Positions 36,443-45,862 of a DNA stretch of 51,417 nt are shown here, piece after piece. The stretch lies in assembly GCA_036475875.1 (NCBI GenBank), contig JAZGAR010000073.1, positions 1 to 51,417 of the forward strand. The letters run 5' to 3'. Made by a program: the position numbers and the translations under genes. The notes beneath the pieces were generated by a model that made no database searches, was not told where the DNA came from, and saw only the letters and a program-made list of their open reading frames with translations. Source of the stretch: Thermoplasmata archaeon (GTDB taxonomy: Archaea > Thermoplasmatota > Thermoplasmata > GCA-020350865). Position 1 is the first letter of the stretch. Each line of letters starts with the position of its first letter.

Positions 36443-37303
36443 TCATTTCTGGCGGTATATTGCTTTCCAATCCCTTTCATGACAAACACAATTTTCACCA
36501 TGATCATGGGTTCTTTTGGGTTTACTCCTTCTCTTTTCAGAAATAGTTATTTTTCCTGGCCCCTCACCTTTTATGCAATTCAAACAGCTTTGAACGTCCG
36601 GTTTATTCAACCACAATTTCATCTTTGGGGGTTTCATCATGTCAAGGTAATGTGAATCGGATGAAGAGATTATGTTCAGATCTCTGTCCTTTAAGAATTC
36701 TACCCGCATATTATCAATTTTTTTAATATCACCGACCTCCACCGCATCGATCTTTAATTCGGGGGGCAGATAACCCAGCTGAGATATCAAACTGAATCCT
36801 CTATCAATGTGGGCGGCCACCGCAATTCCTTTGAAGTCATGTATTCTATCAACCAGTTCATTCACTGATAATGTCAATGGCATCGAGAGCATGTCCTCCT
36901 CTTCTCCAATAACATCACCTGACCTATGAATCTTGATCTGATTGCCAAATATTGACGGATCGTTTTTCTTCCCTGGCCTCAATCCAGATTTTACTATGGT
37001 CGAACAAAATGTATTCAATGCCTGGATGTCGGGAAAATAACCTAGAAGATGTACCTCTTCCAAGCTCTGCAGCTCGATTGCGGGTATGAACAAGATGTCC
37101 CTCTCCAAAGAAGCTACCTCAAACGCACTGCAATTGAAACCCGAATTATGGTCTGTGATTGAAAATACATCTATACCCAAACTGATGATCTTTTTCAAGA
37201 CCTCCTTCGGAGTCATTCTATTTTCGGCACAAGGCGAGAGCGCAGAGTGGACATGTAAGTCTCCTGAAAAAGGAAGCAACCTATCAGAAGTTTTGGGGTT
37301 CAT
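36443..37303 (-). CDS. PHP-domain phosphoesterase
   Basis: DLHVHSALSPCA...SITDHNS...AAHIDR...SSSDSH metal-binding His/Asp pattern. ATGA overlap with the upstream DRTGG gene. Confidence 0.8.
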   Translation of the reverse strand: MNPKTSDRLLPFSGDLHVHSALSPCAENRMTPKEVLKKIISLGIDVFSITDHNSGFNCSAFEVASLERDILFIPAIELQSLEEVHLLGYFPDIQALNTFCSTIVKSGLRPGKKNDPSIFGNQIKIHRSGDVIGEEEDMLSMPLTLSVNELVDRIHDFKGIAVAAHIDRGFSLISQLGYLPPELKIDAVEVGDIKKIDNMRVEFLKDRDLNIISSSDSHYLDMMKPPKMKLWLNKPDVQSCLNCIKGEGPGKITISEKRRSKPKRTHDHGENCVCHERDWKAIYRQK

Positions 37304-37653
37304 CTAATTCCACGTTCATATAGTCTACCAGATAGTTGAAATGAATTGTCCTGACTTTTGAATAAGGCAATCCTTTCCTCATCAGCCTTATCAATCACTT
37401 CATCTTGGACAGCATGCCCTTCACAGATTACAACCACAGGAATACCCGCCATTACCGCGACACCGATTATATTCAAATGGCTTTGAATGGTCATCCATAT
37501 TGAATCGCTTTTTACACTTGCCAATACCTGACTCAAAAGATCGCCCACATATCCATGCGTGATCGTCATATCATTGTTTAACGGTTTCTTGTTTATATTT
37601 TCCAAACCCAACTCGGTGATAATTTCGGATAATTTCGTGAAATTCACCTCCAT
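37300..37653 (-). CDS. DRTGG-domain protein
   Basis: 117 aa: HGYVGDLLSQVLA...IWMTIQSHLNIIGVAVMAGIPVVVICEGH...ADEERIALF. Confidence 0.7.
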   Translation of the reverse strand: MEVNFTKLSEIITELGLENINKKPLNNDMTITHGYVGDLLSQVLASVKSDSIWMTIQSHLNIIGVAVMAGIPVVVICEGHAVQDEVIDKADEERIALFKSQDNSFQLSGRLYERGIR

Positions 37654-37960
37654 GTTTTGCCATTACAAATGTTCGGGGTTGGATAGGGTTTAGGGGTTAT
37701 AATTTTTATTGTTGATTCAATGAACTTTGAAGTTGAGTCCTTTGGATGATGTATCGAACAGGAAGTGAGATCGCCCCCACTTCTTCATTCGTCCAGTACA
37801 CCTTTTGGCGGGTAAGAATCGAAAAAAGATATATTTATTATCTATTATCTCGTTAAGGGTTAAAGTTGCGATAGGGCTCAACTTTATAAAAAAACTCCTA
37901 CCAAAAGGTATGTAACTTCGACAAATATCGAATGAAATTGAAAAACTCGACAACGGTGAT

Positions 37961-38347
37961 ATGATGAAGATAAAAGAAATCGTAGAACTATTGAGCGCCA
38001 CCATCCACTATGAGCCCCAAGAATACGATGTGGATATTGTCTATGCTGGTGCATCAGACCTGATGAGCGATGTGCTGGCATATATGAACGGAATGCCGAC
38101 GCATGTTTCAAAGGGAATGATCTTGATAACTGGACTGGTTAATCTACAGGTAATACGAACTGTAACCCTTATGGATATTTCCATGGTCATTTTTACACGT
38201 GGAAAAATTCTCACTGAAAAAATCATCGAAGAAGCAAAAAATATCAATATCCCTATTCTTAGCACTACTCTGACATCATATACTGCATGCGGACTTCTAT
38301 ATTCTGCAGGTATTCTGGGTGTTGAGAGGGAGAAATCCCGAGAGTGA
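37961..38347 (+). CDS. DRTGG-domain protein (second copy, divergent)
   Basis: 128 aa: YAGASDLMSDVLA...MILITGLVNLQVIRTVTLMDISMVIFTRGK...AKNINIPILST. Confidence 0.7.
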   Translation: MMKIKEIVELLSATIHYEPQEYDVDIVYAGASDLMSDVLAYMNGMPTHVSKGMILITGLVNLQVIRTVTLMDISMVIFTRGKILTEKIIEEAKNINIPILSTTLTSYTACGLLYSAGILGVEREKSRE

Positions 38348-38351
38348 AGCC

Positions 38352-39314
38352 ATGTTTCCAGATCGGAGGAGATCCGTCAAATACCTTCATCTCGATTCGA
38401 TACTCGTGCAAGGCCGCGTTACAGATTTCATGTCTACGCCACCTATAACACTCACTAAAGATAAGACCATGACCGATGCTAAGGCAATGATGCATGATCA
38501 CAGAATTTCTGGGATACCTATCGTGGATGAAGAAGGTGTTTTAATAGGTATCGTGACCATTGAGAACATCATTCTCGCCCTTGAAAACAACTATATAAAC
38601 GAAAGCATTGAAAAACACATGGTAACGGATGTGACCTACCTAATGAACAACATGGACGTCGCTTCCGTGATGGAATTTTTAATGACCTACAGTTACGGCA
38701 GATATCCCGTTGTCGACCTAAATAGAAAGGTGATCGGAGTGGTTACTCCAGGGGACCTTATGTTACATCTCTATGGGCAATTGGGAAATATATATTTTCA
38801 TAACAAAAGACGCGATGAGATATTGATGCCTATCGAATATCCCCTCAGTTCAGACCTCATTATGGACAACAACCTCTTCTCATATAACCTGGAAACCACA
38901 GATCTTGATCAAGCCGGGGTTGGATCTATACTGTTCAAAAAATTCCTACAAGAGCGAGGATTCCCAGTTGAATCCACCCGCAGGGCGACTATCTCATTAT
39001 ATGAGGCTGAGGTCAACGTTTTGCTCCATGCAGGCGGTATTGGATATATAAAGGCATATTTAAAGGATAAACTATTGTTTATTGTTGTGGTTGACCACGG
39101 TCCTGGCATAGAAGATATTGACCTGGCCATGGAACCAGGATATACCACTGCCCCGGATGAGGTGCGGGAACGAGGGTTTGGAGCCGGAATGGGACTTGAT
39201 AATATAAAAAGATATAGTGATAAATTGATCATACTCTCCAGTCCTGCCGGTTTAAAGGTGGAGATGGTTATAATTCCGAAGGACGAAAACAAAACCGATG
39301 ATAAAAGAGATTAA
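38352..39314 (+). CDS. CBS-pair protein fused to an anti-sigma-type (RsbW/SpoIIAB-like) HATPase serine-kinase domain
   Basis: The ORF track starts at 38319. ATG 38352 follows the upstream stop by 4 nt. CBS repeats: VTDFMSTPPITL...HRISGIPIVDEEG and YGRYPVVDLNRKVIGVVTPGDL. Kinase part: LYEAEVNVLLHAGG...VVVDHGPGIEDI...GFGAGMGLDNI. Confidence 0.75.
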   Translation: MFPDRRRSVKYLHLDSILVQGRVTDFMSTPPITLTKDKTMTDAKAMMHDHRISGIPIVDEEGVLIGIVTIENIILALENNYINESIEKHMVTDVTYLMNNMDVASVMEFLMTYSYGRYPVVDLNRKVIGVVTPGDLMLHLYGQLGNIYFHNKRRDEILMPIEYPLSSDLIMDNNLFSYNLETTDLDQAGVGSILFKKFLQERGFPVESTRRATISLYEAEVNVLLHAGGIGYIKAYLKDKLLFIVVVDHGPGIEDIDLAMEPGYTTAPDEVRERGFGAGMGLDNIKRYSDKLIILSSPAGLKVEMVIIPKDENKTDDKRD

Positions 39315-39333
39315 TATTTAAAGGGGTGGGAAA

Positions 39334-39888
39334 ATGAGAACTCTATCCCAGCATATTTTTGATCTGGTGCAAAATTCGATTGTCGCAGGTGCAAAAAACA
39401 TAATGGTGATTGTAGAAGAGGACATACTTGATAATTTAATAAAAGTCACTATCGAGGATGATGGGTACGGGATCAAACCTGAATATATTTCAAAAGTCAA
39501 AAACACCTTTTTTACCACCCGCCCAAAAACCAATCGTCATGTCGGATTAGGGCTTTCGCTTTTGGATGCCGCCTGCAAACGTTCGGGCGGTAAATTAACA
39601 ATCGATTCAAAATATCGTCATGGTACCAAGATGATCTTCACTATGGAATATAAAAACATCGACCGACCTCCGCTCGGGGATCTTCCAGACCTTTTCACCT
39701 CTTTGCTGTTATCGACGGTGGAAAACAACATCATATGGACACTGGGTCATGTCTTCAATGGGAGGAAATATCGATTGAAGAATCGCTCTGTCAAAGACGA
39801 ACTGAATATATTTTCATACAACGAACCTGGTGTAAGAGAAAGATTATATCGGTTGATCGTTGAAAAAGAGCAGGTCCTTCACCCATGA
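39334..39888 (+). CDS. stand-alone histidine-kinase-like ATPase (HATPase_c only)
   Basis: N box DLVQNSIVAGA, G1 IEDDGYGI and G2 HVGLGLSLL. 184 aa, with no sensor, DHp or receiver domain. Confidence 0.75.
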   Translation: MRTLSQHIFDLVQNSIVAGAKNIMVIVEEDILDNLIKVTIEDDGYGIKPEYISKVKNTFFTTRPKTNRHVGLGLSLLDAACKRSGGKLTIDSKYRHGTKMIFTMEYKNIDRPPLGDLPDLFTSLLLSTVENNIIWTLGHVFNGRKYRLKNRSVKDELNIFSYNEPGVRERLYRLIVEKEQVLHP

Positions 39889-40020
39889 CGAATTCTTTTG
39901 TTATTGCAACCATGATTCTTTGTTGTGGGAAATCGAATGAAGAAAATATGGTGCTATTTACAGCTTTTTTCATCCAATCCCTTTATCCCGTATTCGATCC
40001 ATTGGCCTGTTGTATTGGTT

Positions 40021-40977
40021 CTATGTTTTACACAACTCATCGATGGCATCTAGAACTTCTTTTTCCTCGAAATCCATGCCTATTAGGGCAGCGTTCATGG
40101 CATTTTTTTGAACGTTGAAATTCAAGGCCCTCACAACCTCCAGATCCTTAATCTTTCCGTCCTTTAGCTCTAAGTTCATCTCGACCTCCCAGTCATTGGA
40201 GCTAAAGTTTCTATTAAGAATCATGACTCCTTCCCGAATCTTGACCTCCCTTCCCTCCTTTCTCGGAACCCTTTGAAAGAGCCATTCTTCGGTTGAGAAT
40301 TTCCTGTCAAGTTCCTCCATCAATGCTTTCACTTCTTTTTCCAGTTCTGCGTGTTCCAGAGGACCCACGAGCTTTTCGTATTCGAGGACAAGGGTTTCCC
40401 GGATTTCTTGGACCTGGGGGATATATCCCAACTGGGCCTTTATTGTGGTTAGATTATTTTGCATGCTGCGATAAATCCTCTCCCTGAACTTCTTGTTCGG
40501 GACATTTAAAATGGAGGTCATTCCTTTGTGATCAAAGTCCAATAAAAGATTCCCGATGAGCACCTTGCAGTCTCCGATCTCCCCGCCTCCGTTTCCTGAG
40601 ATTTTCCTATCATCAACTATTATATCGTTTATAGGCACGAACCTGCCCTTCATACGGAACCTTTTGAGTGTTCTGACTACGGGTTTCAAGAACCTGTGAA
40701 AGAAGGGTTCGGTGAACTTGGGGGTTAGAGGGTTGTTCCTTTTGATGATCACTTGATAGAAGAGCTGATTTTCGTCGAGATAAACGGTTCCTCCCCCGGT
40801 CTCCCTCCTGAAATAACCTATCCCGTTCTCCTTACAGTAATCCAGGTCAAGTTCCTTTTTCATGTCCTGGGCAAAACCGATGCATGCATAGGGCTCCCTG
40901 GTACCTGTGAGGACTAGGCATTCCTCGTTCTTTCTTGCCAGGGCGTGATAAATCAACTGGGTGTCTTTCCAGTTCAT
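40021..40977 (-). CDS. lipoate-protein ligase-like paralog (divergent subtype)
   Basis: RRETGGGTVYLD and DRKISGNGGGE. The C-terminal domain lacks GDFF. Its closest relative is the truncated gene at 1..255. The start may lie 8 codons upstream at ATC 41001 (see finding). Confidence 0.8.
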   Translation of the reverse strand: MNWKDTQLIYHALARKNEECLVLTGTREPYACIGFAQDMKKELDLDYCKENGIGYFRRETGGGTVYLDENQLFYQVIIKRNNPLTPKFTEPFFHRFLKPVVRTLKRFRMKGRFVPINDIIVDDRKISGNGGGEIGDCKVLIGNLLLDFDHKGMTSILNVPNKKFRERIYRSMQNNLTTIKAQLGYIPQVQEIRETLVLEYEKLVGPLEHAELEKEVKALMEELDRKFSTEEWLFQRVPRKEGREVKIREGVMILNRNFSSNDWEVEMNLELKDGKIKDLEVVRALNFNVQKNAMNAALIGMDFEEKEVLDAIDELCKT

Positions 40978-41161
40978 TGGGGGAAGTTCGTACAGCTTGA
41001 TGGTGTTACCTCCATTTGAGTGCTATTTTATACCTTGTTAGGGATATGATTTATTGAAATATATATATCATGGTATAACAATACTATACCTTTGCGAATT
41101 TTTATTGCTGATCAATTTTCTATATCCTGCGTAAAACTGTTTGTTACCCTCGAAGCGTTTA

Positions 41162-44100
41162 TTATTCGATATATCTCAAAGCCTCCGCTGGCGGTACCTT
41201 CGCTGCGTTGATTGAGGGATAGAACGTGAAAATAAGGGTGGCTATATATGCGAATATTGAAATGGCCAGTATGTTTCCCCAGGGAATCACAAAACTCACC
41301 CCTTGATCGGAATATCCGCTGTCGCGGTAGATATTCCAGCCGATGCCAATTCCAAGGATTATGCCGATCAGTATGGCAAGAATGGTTATGAATGATGTTT
41401 CGATTAAAAACGTTTTCGCGATCATACCCTTTCTAAAACCTATGGCACGAAGCACTCCGATTTGCTGACGGCGTTCGATTACATTCCTGTACGAAATGAT
41501 ACCGATTCCTGCTATACCTATCAGAAGCCCGATACCTAGAAAGCCTTCCATAAGATACATCATATTGTTCATGAGGCTAAGGATGATATTGATAATGCCC
41601 TTCATATCGTAAGTCTGAAGGCCGTGGGCAAGATATGCTTTCTCGAACTCCTTGGCCACAAAATCCGCATTCTCATCGGGTCCAAGCTTGATTACGATCA
41701 TCTTGTCTACACCGCCGTAATCGTTTTTGACGATCTCCTTTTTAACGATGATTCCACTGAAGAACATGGACTGGTCCATTATCCCAATCACCTTCAATGT
41801 CTGGGTTTTGTTTTGACCCAATTCAGTGATGGTTATGGTTCCCCCCACATAGACACCGCCTTGTTCCACTGGTGGGCCTATTTGTATCCCTCCACCCTCC
41901 AATCTGTTTCCATCAACGATGCAATACGAACTATTTTCGTCAAGGGCCAGCCAGGCATCTCTATCAGAGGTGAAATTCGCATCACGTGAATCCAAACTAA
42001 ACCCGTTATTTGCCATGAACTCATGGGATACTCCCAATAAATCGTACCTGGTAATATCTTCGTTTGAGGTTGGAGGCCCGTATTCGGTTCCCTGCACTTG
42101 TTGTCGATCATAGTCTATCACATTAACAACAGCCGAAGAAATGGTTTCCAATTCCCTGATATCGATTACTGAAAGCTCAGGAGGTAAATTATCCTGCGTT
42201 AAATTTTGAAATGGTGTTCTTGGATTGGTCATACCTATGATATCATATCCACCACTTTGCTCCTTGAGCATGTTGTCTCCGATTGATGCCTGCATGGCAG
42301 CGATCATGGCAATCACTGTAACAGTGAAGATGATGAGTGCGAACATCCCCAGGGTCATTCCGGTCTTGAACTTGTTATCCATGGGATAGGAAATTGCAGT
42401 TTTGAGAACGGCTCTTGTGGACTTTCCCCTTCCTACCGTCTTCTGCAGGAAAATCAGGAGAACATGCGAATTGAACATCACGATAAGTACACCAGCCAGA
42501 ACCAGAAAAACACCGCTGAGAACGAAGGCCTCCATACCCGAAAAATTCATTTCCGATATAACTGGAAGAGGATATGGTTGGAGGAACATTATAATAATTG
42601 CAAAACCGGCGGCGGTCATGGAAGATCTGATGCTTACCCATTTATTTGCAATAAGAGCCAGGCTTAAAACAAACAATGGATATCCTATCATCCAAGCGCT
42701 ACCTGACAAGGTTGAGAATGCTAGATAGATGAAAAGGATGCTCAGAAAGACCATAAGTCCTCCCATTACAAGCATTCTTTTTTCGGCTCTGGGTTTTTTC
42801 GGCTCAGGGATTCGTCTTATCGCTCGGATTATATTGAGCTTTGAAATACGTTTACTTATGAAGAAAATCGTGATAAAAGTGATTATAAGACCCATGCACA
42901 TTGCCAGAATGACACTGTCCCATTCAAAATAGAATGGAATATCCACAGATCCTCCCCCGACCTCCTCCATTGCTGAAAATATGAAATCAAAGGCATAGAT
43001 AAGAGCTCGTCCCAGTCCTAAACCCAAAAGTCCCCCCACAAAGGCGGCCAAGAAGGCGTAGATACTCCCTTCGAAGAGGTACATCCTCACAAGATGCTTG
43101 GACTGCATTCCTACAGCCCTTGCCATCCCCATCTCGCTTTTTCTTTCCTCGCCGAGCATAACAAAGATGTTGATGATTAAAACGATTCCCGCGATTATGG
43201 AAAAGGATCCGAATATCATGAACATTATTCCGATGGTTTCTCCACCTATTCGCGCCGACTCCAGATTGTCGGCTTTAACATCGTGTACTTCGAGGTTTAG
43301 ATTTGCACCGCTTAAATCGTTGTCCAGACTTACCGCTTTATCCAATTCTGCAACAATTGTTTGATTTACCTGGCTTGTATAATATTCCCCCCCTTTATAA
43401 TCGCCATCATTTGAAATCCAGATATGATTGATTTCGCCTGATCTGTTAAGCATCAACTGAAGGTCATCCATCTCGAGAAAAACAGTTTTTCTCTGATTGT
43501 AATTGGCCTTACCCCAAAGTTCCTTTTCTTCAATGATTTTCGTTACCGTAAAATTCGTCATTCGAAGTTCGGGTTCCAGGGGATTTTGCGGATTCTTTGC
43601 CCCGTACGATAATACGATCATATCCCCCTCTGAAGCATCTATTTCATTAGCCAGCCTTGAATTGATTGCAGCCTGGCCCTGACCTAGAGAATCCGGATAG
43701 AATCCATGACCGTCAAGATCACCGAAACTGGTATTTTTCAAAACATCGGAATCAAGACCCAGTATGGCAACTGAAGGATCGCCTAAAAGCGTATTGAAAT
43801 CAAATACAGCACCCAGATCAGCAATCACAGGTGCAACAGCCTCTATTCCATCCACCGAGGATAGATTTTCCGAAAGTGTTTCATAGATTGATTCATTGAA
43901 ATACTCCACAGTTCCGAAAGAATTCAATCCCCAGATATCCTCATCCACCTCTCCTAAAGAACGATAAACGTCAACCTCGAACATGTACACCATGGTATCC
44001 TGCACAACAAGTGAACTTGATATGATTGCGGTTCCGATCATAAGGCCGCTGATTACGATTACGCTTTGAATTTTCCGGCGGGCAAAATTACGCACCGCCA

Positions 44101-44200
44101 TCTTGAAGATTATGCGGTTAGTTACCGCCAAAACAGCGATGATCAAGGCGATGACTATGACAATAAGGAGCATCACACTTAGGATTCCGTCCATTTTCAT
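41162..44200 (-). CDS. ABC transporter permease, MacB/FtsX-type with two FtsX domains (1012 aa)
   Basis: Two 4-TM FtsX-like blocks are separated by large extracytoplasmic regions. C-terminal VLRAIGFRKGMI...AAKVPPAEALRYIE. Confidence 0.85.
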   Translation of the reverse strand: MKMDGILSVMLLIVIVIALIIAVLAVTNRIIFKMAVRNFARRKIQSVIVISGLMIGTAIISSSLVVQDTMVYMFEVDVYRSLGEVDEDIWGLNSFGTVEYFNESIYETLSENLSSVDGIEAVAPVIADLGAVFDFNTLLGDPSVAILGLDSDVLKNTSFGDLDGHGFYPDSLGQGQAAINSRLANEIDASEGDMIVLSYGAKNPQNPLEPELRMTNFTVTKIIEEKELWGKANYNQRKTVFLEMDDLQLMLNRSGEINHIWISNDGDYKGGEYYTSQVNQTIVAELDKAVSLDNDLSGANLNLEVHDVKADNLESARIGGETIGIMFMIFGSFSIIAGIVLIINIFVMLGEERKSEMGMARAVGMQSKHLVRMYLFEGSIYAFLAAFVGGLLGLGLGRALIYAFDFIFSAMEEVGGGSVDIPFYFEWDSVILAMCMGLIITFITIFFISKRISKLNIIRAIRRIPEPKKPRAEKRMLVMGGLMVFLSILFIYLAFSTLSGSAWMIGYPLFVLSLALIANKWVSIRSSMTAAGFAIIIMFLQPYPLPVISEMNFSGMEAFVLSGVFLVLAGVLIVMFNSHVLLIFLQKTVGRGKSTRAVLKTAISYPMDNKFKTGMTLGMFALIIFTVTVIAMIAAMQASIGDNMLKEQSGGYDIIGMTNPRTPFQNLTQDNLPPELSVIDIRELETISSAVVNVIDYDRQQVQGTEYGPPTSNEDITRYDLLGVSHEFMANNGFSLDSRDANFTSDRDAWLALDENSSYCIVDGNRLEGGGIQIGPPVEQGGVYVGGTITITELGQNKTQTLKVIGIMDQSMFFSGIIVKKEIVKNDYGGVDKMIVIKLGPDENADFVAKEFEKAYLAHGLQTYDMKGIINIILSLMNNMMYLMEGFLGIGLLIGIAGIGIISYRNVIERRQQIGVLRAIGFRKGMIAKTFLIETSFITILAILIGIILGIGIGWNIYRDSGYSDQGVSFVIPWGNILAISIFAYIATLIFTFYPSINAAKVPPAEALRYIE

Positions 44201-44210
44201 CTCACCCTTG

Positions 44211-44897
44211 CTATCGTGTATTTTTATTGACTATGACCCCGCTTCGCATCTCAATTATGCGCTGGCACCTTTTTCCAATGGAAGGATCATGTGTAATTAA
44301 TACAAAGGTCTGCTTGTTCTCCTTGTTCAATCTGATTAAAAGATCCATTACATCATTGGAATTCTCTGTATCCAGATTTCCAGTTGGTTCGTCGCCCCAA
44401 ACAATTTTTGGTTGATTTACCAAACTTCGGGCAATGGTGACACGTTGCCTCTGACCCCCGGAAAGCTCAGATGGTTTATGGTCTTTCCATTCAACAAGGT
44501 CAACAAGATCAAGTGCCGATTCAGCTTTTTGACTGGCCTCTTTCAAACGGGCACCGCTTACCAGTAACGGCAGTTCCACGTTTTCAACTGCTGTTAGAAC
44601 AGGGAGAAGATTGAATGTCTGAAAAATAAATCCCATCTTTTTGGCACGATAATTCGTTCGATCCTTGTCCTTCATTGCATGAATATCCTGGCCTTCTACT
44701 AACACCTGGCCCTCTGTGAGATCGTCTAATCCGGATAGGCAGTTGAGCAAGGTGGTCTTTCCGCATCCGGAAGGGCCCATAACCGCCACCATCTCCCCCT
44801 CTTCGACCTCGATATCCACACCTCTTAGGGCTTTCACCTGGATTTTACCGGTATCATATGTTTTATGCACATTCTTAGCAGAAATGATACTTGTCAT
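44211..44897 (-). CDS. ABC transporter ATP-binding protein (MacB/LolD-like)
   Basis: Walker [10 protein letters not shown], signature LSGGQRQRV, Walker [13 protein letters not shown]. Confidence 0.92.
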   Translation of the reverse strand: MTSIISAKNVHKTYDTGKIQVKALRGVDIEVEEGEMVAVMGPSGCGKTTLLNCLSGLDDLTEGQVLVEGQDIHAMKDKDRTNYRAKKMGFIFQTFNLLPVLTAVENVELPLLVSGARLKEASQKAESALDLVDLVEWKDHKPSELSGGQRQRVTIARSLVNQPKIVWGDEPTGNLDTENSNDVMDLLIRLNKENKQTFVLITHDPSIGKRCQRIIEMRSGVIVNKNTR

Positions 44898-45056
44898 AAC
44901 CTTACCTCCGATGCTTACTTATAATAGATCCGAAAAGGGGCTATATTCAATTATTTCACTTAGAAACCGTTCTATCATAATCCCCCTCTAAATGTTTCTC
45001 CAAAATTGTGATTAACGTATATGTCTTTTTTGGGTCTGATTTATAACCAAGCATCT

Positions 45057-45764
45057 TTAAAGCCCAAATAAAATAGCGGCCCCACAGAGGGCAATGGTCG
45101 CACCAGCTATTGAATGCGTGTGCGGTTCGATTTTTGAAAGCGGAAGGAAAGTCAATCCTTTCAATGTTCCAAGTACCATGGTAAGCATTACCAATATTGT
45201 TGCTGCAGAGAATGCAAATATCACCAAAAACAATCCTAATAGATCATTTGTTAATGCAGGATACATCATGAGGACAATAAGAGGCTCACAAGGGCCCAAA
45301 ACGAAGATAGTAAAGAGGACCCAGGGAGTTAATTTCTTCTTTGAATCTGCTTTATGGATATGTCCATGTTCATGAAAGTGTTTATGCTCATGGGTGTGTT
45401 CACTTCCATCTAAATGTATATGTTCATGAGTGTGTGTTCTATTTTTTAGTTCTTTTCGTAAACTCCATACAAGATATGTCATACCAAAAAAGATCAGGGC
45501 CCAGGCCGCAAGCTCACCGCGAAAGGAATCTATACCCAACACAGTTAATATTGATGCTCCGAAGAGAATGGCAACTGCACCAAGCAAAATCGAACTACCC
45601 ACATGACCTAAACCGCAAAGCAGTGTTATCCTCAGAGTTTTTGGATTTGACCACTTTCTGGCCTTTGCCATCACTATGAACGGAAGATAATGATCGGGGC
45701 CGATTATCGTGTGAATCAAACCGATAATCACCGCGGTTAATATTAGAGGATATATCAAGGACAT
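45057..45764 (-). CDS. RcnA/NicO-like metal transporter with His-rich loop
   Basis: Six hydrophobic segments. TM1 has HTIIGPDH. The central loop is NRTHTHEHIHLDGSEHTHEHKHFHEHGHIH, followed by VLGPCEP. This layout resembles Ni/Co efflux RcnA. Confidence 0.6.
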   Translation of the reverse strand: MSLIYPLILTAVIIGLIHTIIGPDHYLPFIVMAKARKWSNPKTLRITLLCGLGHVGSSILLGAVAILFGASILTVLGIDSFRGELAAWALIFFGMTYLVWSLRKELKNRTHTHEHIHLDGSEHTHEHKHFHEHGHIHKADSKKKLTPWVLFTIFVLGPCEPLIVLMMYPALTNDLLGLFLVIFAFSAATILVMLTMVLGTLKGLTFLPLSKIEPHTHSIAGATIALCGAAILFGL

Positions 45765-45819
45765 AGCAAATCCCTTTTTTCAAATCATGTAAAGTAGATA
45801 TTTGAATTTAAATCTTATT

Positions 45820-45862
45820 ATACAATATCATAAAAATAATAAAAGGAGGTGAATTAGCCTCC
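45820..45862 (-). terminator. hairpin plus T-rich tract after arsM
   Basis: A GGAGG/CCTCC stem (45845..49 and 45858..62) spans the stop codon, followed on the minus strand by TTTTATTATTTTTATG. Confidence 0.3.

Noticed and set aside
36332-36655. A 107-aa plus-strand ORF overlapping the 3' end of the PHP gene. The 77-aa ORF at 39885..40118, overlapping the ligase 3' end, is similar.
   Set aside because: Both are antisense to supported genes, have no motifs and are hydrophobic by composition only.
37717-38004. A 95-aa minus-strand ORF in the divergent DRTGG intergenic region.
   Set aside because: It overlaps the start of the plus-strand DRTGG gene and the putative promoter. It has no motifs and no ribosome-binding site, and its composition is that of AT-rich spacer.
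45341-45450. Apparent short tandem repetition of CAT/CAC-rich DNA.
   Set aside because: This is the coding sequence of the His-rich cytoplasmic loop of the RcnA-like transporter (minus strand), not a non-coding repeat.
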